Origin: an uncultured Verrucomicrobiae bacterium
GTDB taxonomy: Bacteria; Verrucomicrobiota; Verrucomicrobiia; Limisphaerales; Palsa-1400
Assembly: GCA_963707025.1 (NCBI GenBank)
Contig: CAVPOM010000005.1
Span: 544,001 to 608,000, forward strand
Length of the DNA: 64,000 nucleotides
Direction of reading: 5' to 3'
Shown: positions 19,464-30,275 of the stretch, one piece after another
Layout of the letters: each line of letters begins with the position of its first letter
Numbering within the stretch: the first letter of the stretch is position 1
The notes under the pieces: generated by a model
Told to the model about the DNA's origin: nothing
What the model saw: the letters and a program-made list of their open reading frames with translations, nothing else
The model's database searches: none
Translations under genes and position numbers: made by a program

Positions 19464-19557
19464 ATACCGTTTCCAGTTTGTAACTGCACTATTGCCAAGG
19501 CGATTGGCGGCGGTCGCAGACCGCCGCTACAGTGCAAAAGCAAACCGGAAAAGGTAT
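19464..19557. repeat. Second type of MITE-like element enclosing a different GTAG REP
   Basis: ~27-bp imperfect IRs ATACCGTTTCCAGTTTG..TGCACT / AGTGCA..CAAACCGGAAAAGGTAT around the perfect hairpin GCGGCGGTC-GCA-GACCGCCGC followed by TACA. Confidence 0.6.
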
Positions 19558-19774
19558 CAGCCGCCGTTCCCTCACTGTCTCGATCTTCGTCCACGGGTTG
19601 TCTGCAACGCCTTGAGCCGTCGCCGGCCATTGGCGGGCAAACTCGCCTCGCGTCACGGCAAAGGGCCACATTGCTCCGCTACGGGAGCACTCCTCGCGCA
19701 GTGCATCCCAGCGCGCCAGCCAGACGCTTGGCACGGCCAGATGGCCCTGGCGAACGCGCGCCAGCAGTTCAGCG

Positions 19775-21829
19775 TTATCGAAGTCTTGCCGTCATCGCGG
19801 CGAGGCGGTCGGCGTTGGCTTTCATGGCCGTCAGATAATCGCCCTTGGCCGGCGCGCTGGCACATGTTTCGAAGGCGATGGGTTCGATGCCCATTCTGCG
19901 AAGGCGTTGCGCAACGGCTGGCAGCGGGTCTTCTTCCCAAATCATAATTTTGCCGGGATGTTCGGCGTGCAGCTTTTCCAATTGCCGCCATTCCGCCTCG
20001 GACGGCATTTCGTCCGGTTCCCAGTGGACGTTCTTCAGGTTCCAGCCATAGCGCCGGGCGGCGTAATGATAGACCGGATGCGAGGCGAGCAGCGGTGAGT
20101 TGCCGAGCGGCGCGGACGCGCGCTCCAGGGCGGCGTCCACCTCGTCCAGATCCTGGTCGAGAGACCGGAGGTTGGCGTCGAATTCCTTGGTTGCCGCAGG
20201 CAGGAGGCGGACCAGTTCATCGCGAATCGCCTGCGCTTGCAGCCTGGCCTGGCGCGGATCCATCCAGGTGTTGAAGTCGAGCAGGCCGTGGCTGTGCAAC
20301 CCTTCCGGGCCGTGACTGTGGGTAAGGACCTCGCCGTTTGTCAGGTAGCGATCCGCAAACGATGCGGAGGTCACGACCTGATTGGCCAGGGGCAATACGC
20401 TGGTCAGCCGCCATTTTTCGTAGTCCGCGCCGTTCAGCAGAATCAAGTCGGCCTGCTGATATTGCCGGATGCCATTGGCGTCCGGCCTCCAGAACGCGGG
20501 GTCCTGATCGCGCGGAATTGGGAAGACCAGCCCGACATGCCCGCCGGCAATGCGCGTGGTGAAATACCACAGCGGATAGTTGGCGACCGCCACACGCAGC
20601 TTCGCGTTGGCCGGGCGCGGCCAGAGGGGAGCGCCGCCCTGCGCCACTGGATTTGAAGCCACGGCCTTGCCTCTTGAAATGCCAAATTGGCCGATGACCA
20701 GCCACGTGCTCCCGGCGGCAATCGCCACGCCTGCGACCAGGACGATGACAATTTCCACCGACTGCATCCCGAAGGTCATCCATCGCGCGCAACCGATCTT
20801 GAACATGGTCTCCATCTCGCCGCGCCGCAGCCGCCATGAAAGCAACAGCACCAGCGAGAGCAACAGCACCGTCGCCACGCCGAGCAGAAGCGACTGGGCG
20901 TCGAAGAATCGCTTCACGCGAAATACAAGGTCGAGCGTCTCGGCAATGACCTGCTTGGGCACCAGCAATTGCACCGTGGCCTTGGGATCCTCGTAGCGTC
21001 CGCGCAAGATCGTCGCAGACTTGGCGTCCCGCGGCAGGACCAGGATCGCGCTGACGGGAAACATCGCCTCGTCGCCATGCACATGGAAAAGGATGAGGTT
21101 CTCCCCGGTGATTTCCTGAAACGGCAGCACCGCCGCGCCGGCGGTGACATGGTTGGCCTCGCGCCCGATGAGCAGGTTCGTATCCACCGTCGCCACGTCC
21201 TGGTGTCCATGCATGAGGCCGAGAATGATCCACTCCGTTTTGTAATCCGCAAAGATCGCGCCGTCATCCGCCGTGCCAGCGGGGGCGAGAACGCCCTGGA
21301 CGCGCATGTTGAGCGGATACGAGCCTGCGAGATCGAAAACATTTTCCGGGTCGCTCATCAATTTGTCGCCGGGCTTCAGTCCCAGCTTTTGCGCCACGGC
21401 AGCCCCGAGCACGCAATCGCCGACCCGCGTCAGGCCCTCGCCCTGCGCGATCCGCAGCCCGCGAGAATCGAAGTATTCCAGCGAAGTTCCGACGATGGGA
21501 AACCCCCGCGCCGAGTGTTTTTCAAGGATGGGGATTCCGAGGGCAAGGCCGCTTTGGTTGATGGCGGCAACGTCGCCCATCGTCAGATCGTGCGCGGGCT
21601 GGCCGCGAAAATAGAGGGCGTGCAAAATGAGATCCAGCCGGCTGCCCGGCGCGCCCGCGACGAGGGGCGTCGCGCCCGCGCGCGCCAGCAAATCGCGCTG
21701 GTAATCGCGCACGAGCAGGTTGACGGCAAGCGGAAGAAAAACGGCGACGGCGACGCTGAAAACCAGAATGACGGTTTTGATCTTGTTGAAGCGCAGATAA
21801 CAGAGGGCGAGCAGCAGGACGTTTTTCAT
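19775..21829 (-). CDS. MacB/FtsX-type ABC permease fused to a ZnuA-like metal-binding domain
   Basis: N-terminal TM plus GAPGSRLDLILHALYF periplasmic domain and RRGEM..MFKIG. The C-terminal part has DPAFW, ADLILLNGADYE, THSHGPEGLHSHG, TWMDP, SHPVYHY and EPDEMPS. Confidence 0.8.
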   Translation of the reverse strand: MKNVLLLALCYLRFNKIKTVILVFSVAVAVFLPLAVNLLVRDYQRDLLARAGATPLVAGAPGSRLDLILHALYFRGQPAHDLTMGDVAAINQSGLALGIPILEKHSARGFPIVGTSLEYFDSRGLRIAQGEGLTRVGDCVLGAAVAQKLGLKPGDKLMSDPENVFDLAGSYPLNMRVQGVLAPAGTADDGAIFADYKTEWIILGLMHGHQDVATVDTNLLIGREANHVTAGAAVLPFQEITGENLILFHVHGDEAMFPVSAILVLPRDAKSATILRGRYEDPKATVQLLVPKQVIAETLDLVFRVKRFFDAQSLLLGVATVLLLSLVLLLSWRLRRGEMETMFKIGCARWMTFGMQSVEIVIVLVAGVAIAAGSTWLVIGQFGISRGKAVASNPVAQGGAPLWPRPANAKLRVAVANYPLWYFTTRIAGGHVGLVFPIPRDQDPAFWRPDANGIRQYQQADLILLNGADYEKWRLTSVLPLANQVVTSASFADRYLTNGEVLTHSHGPEGLHSHGLLDFNTWMDPRQARLQAQAIRDELVRLLPAATKEFDANLRSLDQDLDEVDAALERASAPLGNSPLLASHPVYHYAARRYGWNLKNVHWEPDEMPSEAEWRQLEKLHAEHPGKIMIWEEDPLPAVAQRLRRMGIEPIAFETCASAPAKGDYLTAMKANADRLAAMTARLR

Positions 21830-22494
21830 CGCGGGCCTCCCGCCGCGAAATCGCGGCAGTTGATGACGCGGGGAAATCGGGCGGCGATTTCCGTGTCGTG
21901 CGTGACCAACAGCAGCGTCGCTCCGGTGCGCTCGATCTGCTGGAAAAGCAGATCAACCACGCGCTGCTTGGCGGATGGATCCAGATGGCCGGTCGGTTCG
22001 TCGGCGAGCAACAGCGGCGGCTCCGGCAGCATCGCGCGGCAGATGGCGACGCGCTGTTTTTCGCCCTGGGAAAGCCGGTGCGGAAAAGAGCGGAGCCGGC
22101 GCTCAAGACCGGTTTCCTTGCCCAGCCGTTCCACGCGGCGCGCGACTTCCGGCGACCAGTGCAGCGCGGGATTCAGGCGATAGGGCAGGAGAATATTCTC
22201 AAAAACGTTGAGATAGCTGATGAGTTCAAGGCTCTGGAAGACCAGCCCGATTTGCGCGACGCGGAAGGCGCGGCGCGCGGCGTCGCCGAGTGCATGGATG
22301 GGGCGATCCTGCACGCGCATCGTGCCGCGGGTCGGGGACAAGATCCCGGAAATCAAATGCAGCAGGGTGGTTTTGCCCGATCCGCTCGGTCCGATGATGG
22401 CCACGCGCTCGGCGCGGGCGATCTGGAGCGACGGAACCGCCAGCCGGAAATCGGAATGCGGAAAATGATATTCGAGATCGGAAATCGCGATCAC
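21826..22494 (-). CDS. ABC transporter ATP-binding protein (LolD/MacB-like)
   Basis: GPSGSGKTT, LSQGEKQRVAI, LLADEPT and VTHD. The likely GTG start overlaps the upstream stop. Confidence 0.92.
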   Translation of the reverse strand: MIAISDLEYHFPHSDFRLAVPSLQIARAERVAIIGPSGSGKTTLLHLISGILSPTRGTMRVQDRPIHALGDAARRAFRVAQIGLVFQSLELISYLNVFENILLPYRLNPALHWSPEVARRVERLGKETGLERRLRSFPHRLSQGEKQRVAICRAMLPEPPLLLADEPTGHLDPSAKQRVVDLLFQQIERTGATLLLVTHDTEIAARFPRVINCRDFAAGGPR

Positions 22495-24069
22495 AATTTT
22501 CTCAAGATGACCGCGCTTTTGACCTGGCTTTGCCGTGAAACATTCAGGCCGGTGATTTTCCACGAGCCGCCGGCGGAGTTAATCTCCAGGTCGGCGCAAT
22601 ACTCATTGACGCGCAGGTGGATGTGGCCCCAGTGCTCGACGGTTCCCTCGACCTGCCAGGTCACACGTTCGGCAAAGCCGTTTCTGCTTTTGGACTGCGC
22701 CGGCTCGGCCTTCACGATTTTGATTTCCTGCACACGGGCGACCGCGCCGCCCTGTTCCTGCATGATGAGACCCTGTTTGATTTTCAGATACAAATCAGCG
22801 AGCAACTCGCCGTGAACGCTCCGCGCCAGCGCGTCGTAAATGTCCGACTCGCTGTGATAGTCGAAGGCGCGATAGACATTGCGCAGCAGCGATGCGGCGG
22901 CGGCCTCGCGCGATTTTTCGCCCGTCGAAATCGCGGTGACCGCCGGCAGCGGCGGCGCGCCGGGATTGTCCCATTTGAAAACCGGGTCGCGGGCCAAGAA
23001 GGTGAACCGCGCTCCCTTGTCGTAGGCGAAAATGACCGCGCGGGCCGCGAGCATTTCGTGGTTGAACAGCGTCCACTTCAATTCAACATGACCGGGCGCG
23101 CCTTTGGTGGCATAGGTCAGGATCGCGCCGACGCGCGCGGTCCAGGCACTCAGCCGCCGCGCCTCGGGGCGCATCGCGAAATCCTTGAAATCAACGCCGT
23201 AAAAATCCAGCCGGTCCAGTTTCGGTTTCACCACCACGCCGTCAATTTTCAATTCGTTCTGTTCGGTGAAGAACTGCTCCAGCGGCCCGCGCGCGGCGCC
23301 CTGCTCGGAAACCCCGATGAAATCCCGGTTGGTGCGCGCGACCGGCTGCCACATTTCCAGGGTCAGCAGCGGCATGAGGATTTCGACGCGGACTTCCTGG
23401 TTTTGGATATAGACGAACGTGTAGGTTGCCGAGTAGCTGGCAATGCCCATCTCCTGCTGGCGCTTCTCTTCCTCGCGCGCCTGGGCTTCCGCGTAATCGC
23501 CCGTCACCGCCCGGGCCGTTTCATTCCAGTCGAAGGAGAAGGTCTGGACGTTTTCATCGCCGGGGATGTTGCGCGGCGGCTCCGGCGGCAGCCCCTCCCG
23601 CGTCACCAACAGATTCACGATGGAGGGAATCACCATTGCATCGCCGCCGAAGTGCTGTTGAAAGGTGAGATGGGCCGGCGGTTGCGCCAGCGGATATTCG
23701 AGATGATAGACAATCGCCGTGGCCATCAAATCCGTCACCGACAGCCCTTCCGCGGGAAGCGCCGGCATTTCGGTTTTGACGACCCTGCCTTCCAGGCGGT
23801 TGCCGTCCGCATCGCGGACAATCAGGCCATCCAGCAAATACTTCTTATGCCGCTCGGCGGACTTCGACAATGTCATCCGTGGCGATGCGCGATGCCGCGT
23901 TGGCATAAAGTCCATAGACCATGAGAAAATCCTCCGGCATCACGGAAACCTTCATTTCCAACCTGTCGCGGCGGACCAGCGCCTCGCTGGTGATGATGGA
24001 AATCGGATGTGCCGGCATCAAGGGAGCGGCCAGCAGCAGGCCAAGGGCGGCGGCGCGGCGCAACGCCAT
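22491..24069 (-). CDS. Exported hypothetical protein with C-terminal NTF2-like segment, frameshift near 23860
   Basis: Signal MALRRAAALGLLLAAPLMPA-HPISI (ORF 23845) continues into ORF 22491; C-terminal WQVEGTVEHWGHIH. Confidence 0.65.
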
Positions 24070-24129
24070 TTCCAACGGTTGAAGAATTGTCCTCCCTTTC
24101 TTCCAAGGATTGGAAAAGGCCGTTGGCAT

Positions 24130-27100
24130 CTATTGCAATTCCGCCCGGAGCGTCTTGATTGCATACGCCGGCAAATCCACCGTGTCGCCCGCGGGCGGGC
24201 CGGTCTGTTCGAGAAGACCGGAAACGGAAATCGCCTTTGGTGAAACCGCGCCCCACTTCAGCGTCGCCTTGGCCGCCGAATCGCCGGTGTTGTAGAGGCG
24301 CAGGATCAGTGCCTTGCCGTCGTTGCTGGGCTTGAGCGAGGTGATCATGATCGGGCCGGAGGAAATCCCGACGGGCGGGCCGGACGGGGCGGGACCGGCT
24401 GCGGGCGCGGCGATGAGCGGCTCGGTGCTTTCGACGCCGAAATGCGCGGCGGCGGTCTGGTCATAGGCGGCGTGCAGACGGATGGCGTAGCGGAAAACCG
24501 TCCCGCCCTCCTGATCCGCGCGATAGTTGGTGTGCCAGTGGTTGTTCATCACCCAGGAATAAATCGTCGCCGAAGGTTCGATCTTGAACAGGTAAGCCCT
24601 GGGATTCGGTTGCGAGCGCGGCAGGTTTGCGGTCAGGCCGCCGATTTCGAGCAGGGGCGCTTCGACCGTGGACCAAGTCACGCCCAGTTCGCCGTTGGAG
24701 AGGTCCACCCATCGTTCGACGGAAAACCAGTTTTTGCAGGCTCCGGAAAGCTGGTCCTTTTCCGGCTGGATCACTGCCCACGGAATGTTGATGTGCAGAG
24801 CGGCCTTGGCCACATTGAAGGCGAAACCGATATGGACGCCCTCAACCGAGCGCACCGCTTTCTTGTCAATGGTGTCAATGATCTCGACGCGGTCGAGGCC
24901 GTCCACCAGCCGAATTTCGCGAAGGAGTTTGTTGCAGCCCGGCGCGTCGGATTCCACCAGCAGCGAGGCGACGAGCGGGCCGTTTTCTTTGACGGAGATT
25001 TTCACGGGACCGTTGCGCTGGGCGTTTTTGACGTTCCCACCGGGCAGATAAACGTATGCATTCAATCCGAGGTCCGCCGCGGCGTTGACGAATTCGTGGT
25101 CCACGCCGTTGGCGCGCAGGCTGGCAATCGCGCCGGAAATTGGGTCAAGTTTCAGTGTAATCGTCGAGTCGGCCAGGGTCACGCCATCCGCTTTGGCCGC
25201 GCCGGAGGCCTTGGCCCTGCCGGCTTCGACGGTGAAACGCCGCCCGCCGAAGGGCGGAATGTCTTGCGCGATGAAAACCAGTTCGCCGCTGGCGAGCCGT
25301 TGCGATGGCACGGCTTCGCCCCGGCTATTCTTGACGACATCGCAGCCCGGCTGCATGGTCTTCGGCAGCGTGACCAGATCGGTGCGCGGCCAGGAGGCGG
25401 TGTTGAAAACGTCCCTGACGCTGGCGGTTTCGGCCGTTGGGCCGCGGGTGGCGAGCGCATCGGCGAGCAGTTTTTTCGTTTCGGAATCGCCGTCGAGCGC
25501 AAAGGCCTGTTTGATTTTCCACTGGGCCTTGACGAAATCGGAATCCGGCGCGCTGATGCTGTTATAGGCGCCCCAGGTGTGTTCGCTGTACATCGCGATG
25601 TTCTTGAGCGCGGCGGCATAGGCATCCGCCGGCAGCGCGTCGGGCTTGAGCAGCGTCCAGAGGATTTCACCCTGCGTCATACGGTCGGACGCGAGGCGGT
25701 TGATGCCGGTTTCGCGCGCGCTCGAACCCGCTCCGTCTTCCCAGTACGGCGTCATGTCGCCGCGATAAACCGGGATCTGGGCGCCGTAGCGTTTTTCAAA
25801 TTCGTGAAACATATCGCTCGTCGTGGAGATGTCGAGCTTGGGCCAGGCGTACTTCGCATTCCAATCGCGCACCGCCGGCATGACGCTTTCATCCGGCCCG
25901 CCGTTGTCGCCCTTGGTCCAGCGCAATTGCACAATGTCATAGGGATAGCCCCATTCTTCCAGTTGCGGGGTCAGTTCGGCGATGGCATCGCGGATGGAGC
26001 CGCAGTGATGGCCGATGGAATAGCCGCCTTGCGCGCCCCAGTAAATCGCCCGCTCGCTTGCCCGAGGGCGAGACCCACGCGAACGGATGGTTCTCCCACA
26101 GCTCGCGCACATAGCCAATGCGGTCGCCGATCATGCCTCTGCTGGCATTGGGTCCGTCGGAAATATATTTCACGCCGGCCTGGGCGAGCGACGGCACAAT
26201 GCCCCAGGTCAGCCCCGGCACGTCGCTGATCATCATGGAATCGCACTTCACACCGCAGCGTTGATTGAGTTCGGTTGAGAACTCCAGTTGCCGCAGCAGT
26301 TCCTCGCCGCGCGCCAGGCCGGTCAGCAGGTTGCCATACATCGCGTCCATCCCGATGCGATGGTCGCGCACGGCCTGCTCGAATTTCGCCTTCTGTTCCG
26401 CCGTGGCAATTTTGTAGAATTGTTCGACCTGCCAGAATCCCTCCGTGTTCCACTTGAACTGCGCGCCGGGCGGATAATCCTTCGTCTTTTCGATCAATGC
26501 CAGCGCCTGGATGACGTTGTGCGCCTGCTTGTCCGCGATGTGCGGCTGGATGTCCGTGTAACCGATGTCGCAGTGCGAGTGCATGAGCACATAATAGGTC
26601 CGCGGCTGGTACGCCGGCACGTTCACCGTTTGCCTCAATGCCGCGCGGCCCGAATGCAGTTCCACCGTCGCTTCGCATTCATTGGTGACGTTGACTCCGG
26701 CCGGCAGGAAAACTGAAAAATGCTCCGCGCCGTTTCCGTTCGCCGGCACCGTTGTCCGCTCCCTGGCCCCGGCGCACCCGACATCGAATGTCACCGCGCC
26801 ATAAAGTTTCGCGCCCCTCAACGAGACGGCAATTGCGCGGCCCGGTTTGCCGTCGGGACGGTAGGGACAATACGGAAGCGCCGCGCAAGCCATGTCCGAC
26901 GGCACCGGCAAATCCGCCTCCGCCACTTCATGGCCGACGCCGAATCGCACGGCGCTCAAACCGAAATAATCGCTGCCGTAATTTCCGTCTTTCGTCTCTG
27001 CCGCGATCACGACTGATTGCAACGCGCGATCCTTTTGGACATTGGTGACAACGACCGCTTCAAGTCCCGGGCTGCCGCTGGCGCGCGGCAAGGCAATGGC

Positions 27101-27553
27101 TTCCGGCGAGGTCAGCGCGAACCACGACACCCCGTCAGAAGACCCAAAAATGCGTGTCTGTCGAAATCCCCGGTCCGTGAGATTCGCCTGATTGTGATTC
27201 CAGACATGAATCGTGTCGAATTTCTGCGGCTGCGCGAAATCGAAACGCACCCAAGCCGGCGACGCGGGCAACCCTGGGGCTGCGCTGGCCGGCGCAGGCC
27301 GCTGCGTGCTGTGCCACATCGTTTGGGCCGATTCGTTGTTATCGTGAAGGCCTCCTTGCATGCCCGATCCGTCCAGCAAATGCCGGACCGACTGTGCAGT
27401 GCCGTATTCGCTGGAAGCGCTGACTGTGATCACCTTCGCCGGGATTTCGTCCACAATCCAAGCCGCCCGGGCGGGCCGCCAAGTGATCAGAGCAAGCGGC
27501 ACCATCAGCCAATAGATAATGACGTTGTGAGTTTTCATTGTTTTTACTTTCAT
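24130..27553 (-). CDS. GH38 alpha-mannosidase with N-terminal discoidin/F5-8-like domain, frameshift near 26055
   Basis: HSHCDIGYT, WNTE and MISDVPG in the 5' ORF; GDNG, PYWEDG, EHTWG and MNNHWHTNY in the 3' ORF. Confidence 0.88.
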
Positions 27554-29328
27554 CGGATTTCATCCGGCACACCAACGCGGACAAACGCCTTGATCGTGGC
27601 GCATTCCCGCCGCTGCGAAGGGCCGTGCGGGCGGATGGTGTAGCGCCCGACCGCGGCAGGCACGATAAATGTTTCCGCATAGTGAACCACGAACGGCTCG
27701 AAAGCATGCGCGGGACTTTCCACCAATGCCTCGCCGCCTTCAACCAAATTAAGCACGTTCACACCGCCGCAGGTGTCATGCGGCACCGTCTTGGTGAACC
27801 AATGCCGCCGCGTCTCGATGAACTCGCGTTGGTGCAACCCGGTGCGTTCCTCGCGCCAGCCATCCCCCAGGCCGAGCGGTTCGAGGCGGTTGACGAGATT
27901 CAGCCGCGTCCATTCCGTCGTGCAATCCCACTGAATGTTGGCCAGGCCGTGCTCCAAGTGGATCGGCCGCGGCCTGCCGTCGAGGCCGGGCCGGTTCCAA
28001 TCCCACAGCTTGAAGGTGAAAAGATAAGGAGTGGCGCTGATTTCCAGCACCATGGATTCCGCGCCGCTGCAATGCACGGTGCCGGCCGGAATGAGGAAGT
28101 GATCGTGCTTTTTTGCCGGGAATTTATTGGCATATTTCTCCACCGGAAAGGGGGCGCTGCCAGTTTGCGCAAGTCGCAGATCGCGCCCCATCGCCGCTGG
28201 ATCCACACGGTCTTTGAGGCCGAGCCAGACACTCGCGCCGGGACGGGCATCCAGGAGATAGTAGCTTTCGTCCTGGGTGTAATGCATCCCGAAATGTTGC
28301 CGGATGTATTCGGTGAGCGGATGCACTTGGAAGGAAAGATTGCCGCCGCCAATCGTATCCAGAAAATCAAAGCGGATGGGAAATTCGTCCCCAAAACGGA
28401 CGTGAACCGCCTCGCCGAGCAGGGCGCGCGGTTGGTCGAACACCAGATCCAGAGAAGGAACCTCAAAGCGCACATCGCCGAAGCCGAGCAACAGGCTGTT
28501 CTCCTCCGGCACGCAATCGAAGCACCAGCCGTAGTTTTTCGTTGCGCGATCCAGATGGCAGACTTCCTTCATCCATTGGCCACCCCACGGCGCGGGATCG
28601 AAAAACGGCGCCACCCGAAACGGGCGCGTGACCGCATGGCGCAGCCCGCGGCGAACCGCCTCGGCGTCGGCCATCTTCGGCGCGAGAGGGTTGTTCGTGT
28701 CGAGAACGAAATCCCACTTCGCCATGAGCGGGCGTTTCCAGCGGTCGCAAACGCGCCAGTCCACAAAGAAGGCGCGCTTGTATTGCAGATTTGCGGCCAG
28801 CGCGCGGTTTTCGACACCGAGATTGCTGGCCTCATTGCGCCGGAAACGGAGTTGCCCTTCCCAACGGGCAAGATCGGCGTAAACAAGAATGTCCGGCTCC
28901 GCAATCAGGCTCGCCCCGCAGCCGGCCACCAGCACCACGCCTTGCGCAACCCCGCCAACCTGGGCGCGAAGCCGCCCGAGTTTCCGGCCGTCGAAAAATT
29001 GCGGAAGCGCCAGGCCGCAGATAAATCCGAACACGGGATCGTCCCCGCCAAGAAACGGCGCGACCAGCGCATCCACCTCTTCCGGCGCCAGCATCGCGTC
29101 CGCCGCGCGAAGCACCAGGGCCGGCATGAGCTGCGATTGAAGTTCGTGAATCACCAGGGCTTCATCCACTCCAACATAACAGTCCACGACGAGCACTGTT
29201 TTCTTGGCAACGCGTTGGGCCATGCGCTGGCGCAAGCGCGCGGCAATGCCAGCCCAGCCCTGGACGCAGCCTGTCTCGCCGCCGGGAACCGGCACGAACG
29301 GAAATTTGTCGTAGTTGGAAGTTCTCAC
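27550..29328 (-). CDS. manA: Class I mannose-6-phosphate isomerase-like cupin with long N-terminal extension
   Basis: PWGG, FPIRFDFLD, NLSFQVHP, QDESYY, IPAGTVH and LEIS. Confidence 0.8.
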   Translation of the reverse strand: MRTSNYDKFPFVPVPGGETGCVQGWAGIAARLRQRMAQRVAKKTVLVVDCYVGVDEALVIHELQSQLMPALVLRAADAMLAPEEVDALVAPFLGGDDPVFGFICGLALPQFFDGRKLGRLRAQVGGVAQGVVLVAGCGASLIAEPDILVYADLARWEGQLRFRRNEASNLGVENRALAANLQYKRAFFVDWRVCDRWKRPLMAKWDFVLDTNNPLAPKMADAEAVRRGLRHAVTRPFRVAPFFDPAPWGGQWMKEVCHLDRATKNYGWCFDCVPEENSLLLGFGDVRFEVPSLDLVFDQPRALLGEAVHVRFGDEFPIRFDFLDTIGGGNLSFQVHPLTEYIRQHFGMHYTQDESYYLLDARPGASVWLGLKDRVDPAAMGRDLRLAQTGSAPFPVEKYANKFPAKKHDHFLIPAGTVHCSGAESMVLEISATPYLFTFKLWDWNRPGLDGRPRPIHLEHGLANIQWDCTTEWTRLNLVNRLEPLGLGDGWREERTGLHQREFIETRRHWFTKTVPHDTCGGVNVLNLVEGGEALVESPAHAFEPFVVHYAETFIVPAAVGRYTIRPHGPSQRRECATIKAFVRVGVPDEIR

Positions 29329-30275
29329 GCGAGAGAATGCGGATGCTGTTGTTTAAAGAGCACTTCGCACCCAAGCAGCGCGGCGTCATCACCCAGCGCC
29401 GCGGCAACGATGGGAGTTTGCAACGGCAGTGCCGGCATAAAGCGGCGCAGATGTTGTTCCATCGCGGGCAGGATAACGTCGCGACGGCGCAGCACGCCGC
29501 CACCCAGCACGACCACTTCCGGGTCGTAAGCGATCACGGCATTTTGCACCACAGCCGCCCAAACCTTGAGGCTTTGGTGCAGCAGAGCCTGGGAACAGGC
29601 ATCTCCTTCAGCGGCGAACCTAAAGACGGCCTCGTAGTCAATTTTTGCCGCATGAGCCAGTTTGCTGTCCTGGAAGTCGCGCCGGCCGCGCGCCCGTTCC
29701 GGCAGCGTCGCCGTGGAAGCGAGGTCTTCGGCGCAACCGATGTTGCCGCAGCGCCCGACGGAACCTTCATGGGCGATGGTGCTGTGACCCAGGAGAGTTG
29801 CCGCGCGGTTGTGCGCGCCCCGCAAAAGTTGACCGCCGCAGATCGCCGCGCAACCGACCCCCGTGCCGAGCGCCAGCATCACAACGTCGCCTTTGCCACG
29901 CGCGGCCCCCGCGGTCCACTCGCCCAGCAACGCCACGCGCAAATCGTTTTCCAACGCCATGGGCAGACCCAGCCGCGCCCGGCTCCAGGCACCGAAGTCA
30001 ATTCCCGCCGCTCCCGGGAATTTGCCGAATTCGCCCAGCACGCGCGGCATTTTTCCATCCGCCAAAAATGGAAGCGACCCTGCCGTCCCCAGGCAGTCTT
30101 GCAGGGAGCTGCCATTCTTTTTCAAGAGCGATTCCCATGCGCAAGCAACGGCCTCGAGCCGCTCCAACATCGGACGACCGGCGGAGGCGTCGAGCCGGCA
30201 TTGCGCGCGAACGCAGCCGTCGCGCACCAGCCCGAGCTTGATCGTGGTGCCTCCAAAATCAGCCGCCAGAATCAT
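29325..30275 (-). CDS. ROK-family sugar kinase
   Basis: DFGGTTIK, LENDL, LGTGVG and CGNIGCAE. Confidence 0.9.
   Translation of the reverse strand: MILAADFGGTTIKLGLVRDGCVRAQCRLDASAGRPMLERLEAVACAWESLLKKNGSSLQDCLGTAGSLPFLADGKMPRVLGEFGKFPGAAGIDFGAWSRARLGLPMALENDLRVALLGEWTAGAARGKGDVVMLALGTGVGCAAICGGQLLRGAHNRAATLLGHSTIAHEGSVGRCGNIGCAEDLASTATLPERARGRRDFQDSKLAHAAKIDYEAVFRFAAEGDACSQALLHQSLKVWAAVVQNAVIAYDPEVVVLGGGVLRRRDVILPAMEQHLRRFMPALPLQTPIVAAALGDDAALLGCEVLFKQQHPHSLA

Noticed and set aside
27538..29529. Long antisense ORFs (663 aa here; also 15963, 24442, 46119, 48965, 54650, 60610, 62222)
   Set aside because: They are shadow frames of well-supported high-GC genes on the opposite strand.
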